Virus record (IMG/VR): IMGVR_UViG_3300017762_000005 | Source of the DNA: a virus | Reading direction: 5' to 3' (one strand) | DNA length: 59,466 nt | Part shown: in pieces, positions 53,227 to 59,466 of the stretch | Layout: every line of letters begins with the position of its first letter | Position numbering within the stretch: the first letter of the stretch is position 1 | The notes under the pieces: model-generated | Databases searched by the model: none | What the model was told of the DNA's origin: nothing | What the model saw: the letters and a program-made list of their open reading frames with translations, nothing else | Translations under genes and position numbers: made by a program

Positions 53227-53864
53227 TGCCTTTTAAATCTGAAAAACAAAGAAGATATTTACATATAAACAAACCTACTATTGCAAAAGCATGGGAGAGA
53301 AAATATCTTTCAGGTGGAGAAGTTTTAAAACTTAAATCAAAAAAATACAAAAGAGGAGATGCGGTTGATACTGGAGACTTTGGTTCTGAAGCAGCTAACG
53401 ATGCTAGTCTAAGTGCTGGAAATAAAAGCGTTGGTTATGGAGGGGGAGATGGAGATCCTAGAACTGGTGGTGGAGTTACTACGGGTGGTAATAAGGGTGT
53501 AAAAGCAGTTACTACAGTTATGGGAAAAGTTTTAGATCTACCTTTAACTGCATTAAGTTATGGTTTTAAATTTGCAAAAAATATTACAACACCACAAAAA
53601 ACAGTTGCTACTAAAACTACTACTCCAAAAACAACTGGAGGTGGAGAGGGACAACAAGTTTCTTTAAAACAACCAATTATTCCTATGCAAACTTATAAAA
53701 CAGTAGATACAAATTTAATTAATCCGAAAAAAAATTTTTTTAATTTCAAAGCATATAATATTGGGGGGTTATCTGGTGGAGTAAGATATGGTCCACCACC
53801 AAAAAGGGGACCTAACTCACAAGTACCTCCAGTTAAAATGAAAAGAGGAGGATATAAAAAATAA
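53226..53864 (+). CDS. Basic Gly/Thr/Lys-rich head-module protein
   Basis: 'MPFKSEKQRRYLHINKP' N-terminus; TAATG overlap with the portal. Confidence 0.55.
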   Translation: MPFKSEKQRRYLHINKPTIAKAWERKYLSGGEVLKLKSKKYKRGDAVDTGDFGSEAANDASLSAGNKSVGYGGGDGDPRTGGGVTTGGNKGVKAVTTVMGKVLDLPLTALSYGFKFAKNITTPQKTVATKTTTPKTTGGGEGQQVSLKQPIIPMQTYKTVDTNLINPKKNFFNFKAYNIGGLSGGVRYGPPPKRGPNSQVPPVKMKRGGYKK

Positions 53865-54253
53865 TGTGGTTATCAGCTATTAAACTTGCAATGTCTGCAG
53901 GATCAAAAATTTACGCTAACAAGCAGAAAACTAAAATGGCTATGTCTGAAGCACAACTTCTACATGCTGATCGTATGGCTCGAGGAGAGGAGCAGTACCA
54001 AGGAAAACTTTTAGAGGCTAGACAATCAGACTGGAAGGACGAGGCAGTTTTAATAATTTTAAGTTTGCCCGTAGTAATTTTAGCCTGGGCAGTCGTATCG
54101 GATGATCCGACAGCGATGGACAAAGTAAAACTGTTTTTCGAAATGTTCTCAGAGCTTCCGAAATGGTTTACAAATTTATGGATCCTTGTCGTGGCGAGTA
54201 TTTACGGTATTAAGGGAACACAAATCTTTAAAAATGGTGGAGGAAAAAAATAA
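53864..54253 (+). CDS. Membrane protein with two TM segments (holin-like?)
   Basis: 129 aa with 'AVLIILSLPVVILAWAVV' and 'WFTNLWILVVASIYGI'. Confidence 0.45.
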   Translation: MWLSAIKLAMSAGSKIYANKQKTKMAMSEAQLLHADRMARGEEQYQGKLLEARQSDWKDEAVLIILSLPVVILAWAVVSDDPTAMDKVKLFFEMFSELPKWFTNLWILVVASIYGIKGTQIFKNGGGKK

Positions 54254-54411
54254 TGTGGAAATGGATAAAAAATTTATTTAAAAGAGAGCCTAACAAAGAT
54301 CCTCATATTGAATTTTATGAAGATCCTGATTATTCCAAAATGAGTAAAGGTGATCTTAAAAAATTAAGAGCTCAAGGTAAAATAAAATCTATCTATCCAC
54401 CTTATATTTAG
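54253..54411 (+). CDS. Small hypothetical protein (52 aa)
   Basis: TAATG overlap upstream. Its 3' end overlaps the convergent - strand gene by 4 nt. Confidence 0.4.
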   Translation: MWKWIKNLFKREPNKDPHIEFYEDPDYSKMSKGDLKKLRAQGKIKSIYPPYI

Positions 54412-54899
54412 TTTTTTCTCCACCAAAAGATAATTGTTTTTCTATCATTATTAAAAACTTTTTTAACACCATGGTGTACGGTTTGGCCATTGAAAAAGGT
54501 AAGCATACCTTTTTTGGGTTTTAAATTTATTCCATTTTTTGTATAGAATTCTCCACCCTTAAATTTTTCATTAAGATAAATTAAACTATTATATTCAATA
54601 TGTTCTCTGCCAGAATGATTATGTATGTGAAGACTAGCAGAAGAACCAGCATGATGGTTTTGTATTTCTGCTTGTTCAATAATTAATTTATTATTAAATC
54701 TTTTATTAATATATTTAGTAACTTTTTGTACTATTGGATCTTTAGTTATATCTATAATTCTGTCCTCCCAAGGTAGTGAGTTTTCTTGATAGCCTATATC
54801 ATTAATCATTTTAAAATATTTTTTACACAATCTAGGCGATAAAAAATTATCTAATACGTACATTTTATCACCATTTGAAATTATTTTTTTCATTTGCAA
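54408..54899 (-). CDS. 2OG-Fe(II) oxygenase, P4H-like (- strand moron in the head module)
   Basis: 'SLHIHNH', 'KFKGGEFY', 'GQTVHHGV', 'RKTIIFWW'. Confidence 0.65.
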   Translation of the reverse strand: MQMKKIISNGDKMYVLDNFLSPRLCKKYFKMINDIGYQENSLPWEDRIIDITKDPIVQKVTKYINKRFNNKLIIEQAEIQNHHAGSSASLHIHNHSGREHIEYNSLIYLNEKFKGGEFYTKNGINLKPKKGMLTFFNGQTVHHGVKKVFNNDRKTIIFWWRKN

Positions 54900-54927
54900 T
54901 TTTTAATTATTAATGTATTAATTATTT

Positions 54928-55134
54928 ATGAGCCTAAAAGATACTTTATTACAAGCTTTAGAAGATGATTACAATGCTAGAATTTCTAAAGCAGATGCTA
55001 CTATAAAAATATACCTGACTAATTCAGTCGGGATTGGAGAGCATCCACAACACTTAGATGAGATAGATAAACAACTAGCAATTATTACTGATTCCGAAGA
55101 AAAAATTTCAGCTCTTCAAGTATTTAAATTATGA
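54928..55134 (+). CDS. Small acidic hypothetical protein
   Basis: 68-aa ORF. Confidence 0.5.
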   Translation: MSLKDTLLQALEDDYNARISKADATIKIYLTNSVGIGEHPQHLDEIDKQLAIITDSEEKISALQVFKL

Positions 55135-55733
55135 TTCAAGGAGACAGCTCAGAGTATGAACTGTTAAAAAAATGGTGTGATACATTACCATTTTTTGAAG
55201 AGCCTCAATCAGTTACAACATGTGAAATAGGAGTAAGACAAGGCCTTGGTTCTCAAATAATTATGATGAGTATTTTAGCTCGAGTAAAAAAAATTAATTA
55301 TCAACATTATGCTATCGATCCTTACGGAGACCTAAAGTATAAACACTTTGATGTAAATACAAAATGGTTAAAAAATGGAGTATGGAGTGAAGAAGCACCA
55401 ACATATTCAAATGAAATGAGAGATCAAATGGTAAAAGATTTTTCAAAAAATCCATATTTTAAATTTTATAATATGACTGATATTGAATATATGAATATAT
55501 TTAATTTAAGTAAAACTATATACGATTTAGTTTTCCTTGATGGTCCACATACAACAAAAGATATTTTAAGAGAAGTAATTTGGTTTGCAGAAAGATCAAG
55601 AAAAGGTTCCAGAATTATTTTAGACGATTATACTTTATGTAACTTTGAAGTAGTAAGAGCAGCTATTTCATATTGGGATTTTAAGGATATAGAAAAAGGA
55701 GATAACAAAGTTTGCTTTGAAAGAATATGTTAG
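55131..55733 (+). CDS. Class I SAM-dependent methyltransferase
   Basis: 'TCEIGVRQGLGS' (motif I-like) and 'YDLVFLDGPH...GSRIILDDY'. Confidence 0.55.
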   Translation: MIQGDSSEYELLKKWCDTLPFFEEPQSVTTCEIGVRQGLGSQIIMMSILARVKKINYQHYAIDPYGDLKYKHFDVNTKWLKNGVWSEEAPTYSNEMRDQMVKDFSKNPYFKFYNMTDIEYMNIFNLSKTIYDLVFLDGPHTTKDILREVIWFAERSRKGSRIILDDYTLCNFEVVRAAISYWDFKDIEKGDNKVCFERIC

Positions 55734-55918
55734 ATTACCACACTAGGGAACAGATTGTTAATGTAATTAATAAATCAATTAAAGATATAAAAGATCATCT
55801 TTGCTATGGGGTTGAAACGGTTGAACAAATAATGTATGCTCGAGGCAGACTCAGCGCCTTAGAAACGCTGCTTCAGGATATTAAAAACCTGCAAAAAAAG
55901 GAGAATGACGATGGTTGA
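55727..55918 (+). CDS. Small hypothetical protein
   Basis: 63-aa ORF. Confidence 0.5.
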   Translation: MLDYHTREQIVNVINKSIKDIKDHLCYGVETVEQIMYARGRLSALETLLQDIKNLQKKENDDG

Positions 55919-56351
55919 ATTGATAAAACCTAAACTTACAAATTTCGGAAACGAAAAAAATAAAGAAGAGGTTAAATCACAAATTCCAACAGATCCTAAA
56001 GGCATCAAAGAATATCTTCAAGTAATACCAAACCCAGTTGGATACCGTATGTTAGTCAGACCTTGGTCTGGACAAGCAAAAACAAAAGGCGGTGTAATTT
56101 TAACAGAGGAAACATCCGAAAAAATACAAATGACAACAGTAGTTGGATTAGTTGTAAAAATGGGTGATCTTTGTTATCAAGACAAAGAAAAATTTCCAAA
56201 AGGTGCTTGGTGTAAAGAAGGAGAATTTGTTATTTATGGCAGATACTCTGGAAGTAGATTTCAAACTAAATTCGGTGAACATCGAATGCTTAATGATGAT
56301 GAAATATTAGGAACTATAGGAAAGCCAGAAGATATTCTCCATTTATTTTAA
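55905..56351 (+). CDS. GroES / Cpn10-like co-chaperonin
   Basis: 'PVGYRMLVRP...KTKGGVILTEETSEK...VVGLVVKMGD...KEGEFVIYGRYSG...LNDDEILGTI' follows the Cpn10 pattern. Confidence 0.55.
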   Translation: MTMVELIKPKLTNFGNEKNKEEVKSQIPTDPKGIKEYLQVIPNPVGYRMLVRPWSGQAKTKGGVILTEETSEKIQMTTVVGLVVKMGDLCYQDKEKFPKGAWCKEGEFVIYGRYSGSRFQTKFGEHRMLNDDEILGTIGKPEDILHLF

Positions 56352-56366
56352 TAAAGGAGAATAAAC

Positions 56367-57431
56367 ATGGCAGAAGTAAAAGACTACAGTGCAGAAGCTC
56401 TACTAGCAAAAGAAAACGAAGTAGAATTAGACACTGATGATGTAAAAGAAGAAAAAGTTGAATTAACAGAAAATGTTTCTAAAGAAGCTGATACCAATTT
56501 AAATGTTGGTGAGGTAGATTTAGGATATACTGGACATTCAAAAACAGAAGAAGATAAATCAGATAAACCAAAAATAGAAGTTACTGAAGAAAAACCAGAA
56601 ACTACTATTACGGAAAAACCTGAATCTGAATCTGAAGAAAAACCAAACCTTAACGAATCAAGAAGAGATTATCAAAAAAGAATTGATAAGCTTGTCTTTC
56701 AAAAGAAAGAAGCTGAAAGAAGAGAAAAAGCAGCTCTTGAATACGCTAAGGGAGTACAAAAGAAATTTGACACTAATCTCCAAAAGTTAAATTCTACTGA
56801 CGACCAGTATCTAAAAGAATTAGATGCTAGAGTAGATGCTCAAAGAGAACAGGTCAAAGTAGCTCTTCAATCGGCAATCGAGAGCCAAGATGCTTCTAAA
56901 ATAATGGAAGCTAATGATAAATTAACTCAATTAGCTGTAGAAAAAGAAAAAGCTAGATTAGAGATGACTAATCGTGAAGAAAAAAAGAAAGCCGAAGAAG
57001 AAAATAATAAACAACAACAAAACGTACAAGCTGAACCTCAAACAGCGGAAATGTCACAAACAACACCACAAATAACTCCTAAAGCTAAGAAGTGGGCTGA
57101 AGAGAATACATGGTTTGGGAATGACGAAGTAATGACTAATGCTGCCATTACTATTCACAATAATATTGCACAAGAAGGTATTGAACTAGACAGTGATGAG
57201 TATTATAATGAAGTAAATTCAAGACTGAAGAAATATTTTCCTGAAAGTTTTGAAAAAGCAAACGATGAGCTTAAAAAAGAAGCACCACAACCCGTCCAAA
57301 CGGTTGCCTCTGCAAGTCGTAGTCAACAAGGACGCAGAACTGTGAAACTCACAAAGTCACAGGTAGCTATTGCTAAAAGATTAAATGTGCCACTAGAGGA
57401 ATATGCTAGATACGTGAAGGAGGATAAATAG
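56367..57431 (+). CDS. Scaffolding protein
   Basis: 354 aa, Glu/Lys-rich coiled coil, aaggag RBS, two genes upstream of the capsid gene. Confidence 0.6.
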   Translation: MAEVKDYSAEALLAKENEVELDTDDVKEEKVELTENVSKEADTNLNVGEVDLGYTGHSKTEEDKSDKPKIEVTEEKPETTITEKPESESEEKPNLNESRRDYQKRIDKLVFQKKEAERREKAALEYAKGVQKKFDTNLQKLNSTDDQYLKELDARVDAQREQVKVALQSAIESQDASKIMEANDKLTQLAVEKEKARLEMTNREEKKKAEEENNKQQQNVQAEPQTAEMSQTTPQITPKAKKWAEENTWFGNDEVMTNAAITIHNNIAQEGIELDSDEYYNEVNSRLKKYFPESFEKANDELKKEAPQPVQTVASASRSQQGRRTVKLTKSQVAIAKRLNVPLEEYARYVKEDK

Positions 57432-57432
57432 T

Positions 57433-57903
57433 ATGAATACAATTAAGAGAACTTCACGGGAGTCAGAATCAAAAGTTTCAAATGAAACTAAAAAGTCCTG
57501 GACTCCACCATCCAGTTTGGATGCACCACCTGCACCGAATGGTTACGCCCATAGATGGATCCGTACTACCGTTCAAGGTTTTGAGGATACAGCTAATGTA
57601 TCTAAAAAATTAAGGGAAGGTTGGGATTTTGTAACAGTCGAACAAGTTCAAAACGAAGTCGGCACAAACAAATATCCTTTCTATACCGAAGGTAAATATC
57701 AGGGTTGTATTGGAATTGGAGGCCTTGTGCTGGCAAGGATACCAGAGGAGATATTGGTTTCACGTGCTGAGTATTTTAAAAAACTTACTCAAGACAGAAT
57801 GAACGCGGTAGACAATGATCTTATGAAGGAACAGCACCCAGACATGCCTATCAATATTGATAGACAGTCTAGAGTGACCTTTGGTGGTAGTCGTAAAAAA
57901 TAA
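57433..57903 (+). CDS. Head-module hypothetical protein
   Basis: 156-aa ORF. Confidence 0.55.
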   Translation: MNTIKRTSRESESKVSNETKKSWTPPSSLDAPPAPNGYAHRWIRTTVQGFEDTANVSKKLREGWDFVTVEQVQNEVGTNKYPFYTEGKYQGCIGIGGLVLARIPEEILVSRAEYFKKLTQDRMNAVDNDLMKEQHPDMPINIDRQSRVTFGGSRKK

Positions 57904-57961
57904 TATTTTTGCAATACCTACCGGGTTATTAAAATAAACTGTTAAAACGGAGAAAACAAAT

Positions 57962-58540
57962 ATGTCAAATCAAGTAGAAAAGTTTGGTCTAAGACCATAC
58001 AGAAAACTAGATGGAACACCTCTTGTTGGAGCCCAAAACAGATATACGATTGCTTCAGGTTATGCAGATGCGATTTTCCAAGGAGAAATGGTTGAACCAT
58101 TAGGAACTGGAAATATCCAAAGACATGGCCCGAACACATCGGATGCTGTTGTGGGTGTTTTTAACGGATGTTTTTATACAGACCCAACTACTCAAAAGCC
58201 AACGTACAGCAACTACTATCCAGGTGGAATTGCTGCTTCTGACATCACAGCATTTATTGTTGATGATCCAGATGCAGTATTCTTAATGGATGCTGATGCA
58301 ACGTTTGCAAGAGCTGATCTGTTCAAGAACTATTCTGTTACTAACACAACAGGTGTTACACAAACAGGAATATCAAAACAGCAACTAGATGTAAGTGTAT
58401 CTGGAACTGCGGCAACTTTCGCTGTACAAGCGATTGATATATGTCAAGATCCAGAAAACTCTGACACAACGTCTGCAAATGCGAACATTCTTGTTAGAAT
58501 CAACAATCACTTCTATAGAAGTGGTACAGGTATAGCGTAA
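57962..58540 (+). CDS. Capsid-associated (decoration-like) protein
   Basis: 192-aa beta-rich ORF directly upstream of the capsid gene. Function is inferred from position. Confidence 0.45.
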   Translation: MSNQVEKFGLRPYRKLDGTPLVGAQNRYTIASGYADAIFQGEMVEPLGTGNIQRHGPNTSDAVVGVFNGCFYTDPTTQKPTYSNYYPGGIAASDITAFIVDDPDAVFLMDADATFARADLFKNYSVTNTTGVTQTGISKQQLDVSVSGTAATFAVQAIDICQDPENSDTTSANANILVRINNHFYRSGTGIA

Positions 58541-58552
58541 AGGAGATAAACT

Positions 58553-59466
58553 ATGGCAATATCACGAGCACAACTAGTTAAAGAACTAGAGCCAGGTTTG
58601 AATGCTTTATTCGGCCTGGAATACAACAGATATGAGAATCAACATGCGGAGATTTTTGTAACTGAAACATCTGACAGAGCTTTTGAAGAAGAAGTAATGT
58701 TAAGCGGTTTCGCTTCTGCACCAACTAAACAAGAAGGTGCTGGAGTAGTGTTTGATACAGCAGGTGAAACTTTCACAGCTAGATACAATCACGAAACAAT
58801 CGCTTTAGCGTTCTCGATCACTGAAGAAGCAATCGAAGACAACCTATATGACAGATTAGCTGCAAGATACACAAGAGCTCTTGCAAGATCTATGTCAAAT
58901 ACGAAGCAAGTTAAAGCTGCTAACGTACTTAACCAAGCACAGTTCACTGCTGTTACTGGTGGAGACGGGGTACCGTTAATTTCTAACGCACACCCATTAG
59001 CAACTGGAGGAGTATTTTCAAATGTTCTTACAGTAGCTGCAGATCTTAACGAAACTTCACTAGAGCAGTCGTTAATCGACATCGCTGGATTCGTAGACGA
59101 AAGAGGTCTAAGAATCGCTACTCAAGGTAGAAAGATGATAATTCCAAAAGAATTACAATTCACTGCTGAGAGATTGATGAAAACTCCTCAAAGAGTTGGA
59201 ACAGCTGATAACGATATCAACGCAATCGCTTCAATGGGTATGGTACCAGAAGGATACTCAGTTAATAATTTCTTAACTGATACTGACTCGTTCTACCTAA
59301 TGACTGATGTACCTAATGGAATGAAACATTTCGTTAGATCACCAATCAAAACTGCGATTGAAGGTGACTTCGATACTGGTAACGTAAGATTTAAAGCTAG
59401 AGAAAGATACTCTTTTGGATTCTCAGATCCTAGAGCAATCTTTGGTAACGGAAACTTACCAACTAG
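58553..59466 (+). CDS. Major capsid protein (HK97-fold type), 3' end wraps to 1..127
   Basis: aaggag RBS and ATG 58553, open to the window end. 'EGAGVVFD', 'GDGVPLISNAHPL', 'LEQSLIDIAGFVDERGL', 'DSFYLMTDVPNGMKHF' resemble phage coat proteins. Confidence 0.8.
   Translation, partial: MAISRAQLVKELEPGLNALFGLEYNRYENQHAEIFVTETSDRAFEEEVMLSGFASAPTKQEGAGVVFDTAGETFTARYNHETIALAFSITEEAIEDNLYDRLAARYTRALARSMSNTKQVKAANVLNQAQFTAVTGGDGVPLISNAHPLATGGVFSNVLTVAADLNETSLEQSLIDIAGFVDERGLRIATQGRKMIIPKELQFTAERLMKTPQRVGTADNDINAIASMGMVPEGYSVNNFLTDTDSFYLMTDVPNGMKHFVRSPIKTAIEGDFDTGNVRFKARERYSFGFSDPRAIFGNGNLPT
59344..59466. repeat. Terminal duplication, right copy
   Basis: Identical to 1-123. Confidence 0.95.

Noticed and set aside
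1-59466. Search for lysogeny functions, a phage RNA polymerase, a reverse transcriptase (DGR), toxin-antitoxin pairs or recognisable defence or anti-defence cassettes
   Set aside because: I could not recognise any integrase, repressor pair, single-subunit RNAP, RT (YxDD) or known defence-system signature by eye. This absence rests on motif recognition only, not on searches.

Overview
The window is a complete, circularly closed dsDNA phage genome. Bases 1-123 are identical to 59344-59466, so the unique length is about 59,343 bp. It is AT-rich, almost entirely coded on the + strand, and looks like a lytic podovirus-like phage. I saw no integrase, phage RNA polymerase, tRNA or CRISPR array. An AT-rich marine host is only a guess.

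Modules in wrap-around order:
- Early region (43.2-48.7 kb): small genes with sigma70-like promoters, hairpin terminators, repeat arrays and terS.
- Head module (48.9 kb to 59.4 kb, wrapping to 127): terL, portal, GroES-like protein, scaffold and major capsid protein, the last of which wraps across the window end.
- Small virion proteins and a lysis cassette with an M15 endolysin (0.3-6.5 kb).
- Adaptor, tail and fibre genes (6.5-16.5 kb).
- Internal or ejection proteins (21.2-27.1 kb).
- Replication and recombination module (27.3-42.5 kb): exonuclease, SNF2 helicase on the - strand, AEP primase, SF1 helicase, family A DNA polymerase, LAGLIDADG endonuclease and a C5 methyltransferase.

Most notable observations:
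1. The C5-cytosine methyltransferase has its target-recognition domain and motif IX in a second reading frame nested inside the annotated ORF. That nested frame has its own AAGGAG-N9-ATG.
2. There are at least 10 small 2OG-Fe(II)/cupin dioxygenase paralogues. Six sit with two glycosyltransferases inside the tail operon, next to a fibre with collagen-like X-Pro-Gly runs.
3. A fibre protein starts with a cupredoxin domain carrying a full type-1 copper ligand set.
4. Two intergenic repeat arrays share a 22-nt motif, and one of them has an origin-like layout.
5. Several families of tandem or paralogous micro-proteins occur.

All functional calls come from motif recognition by eye. No searches were run.
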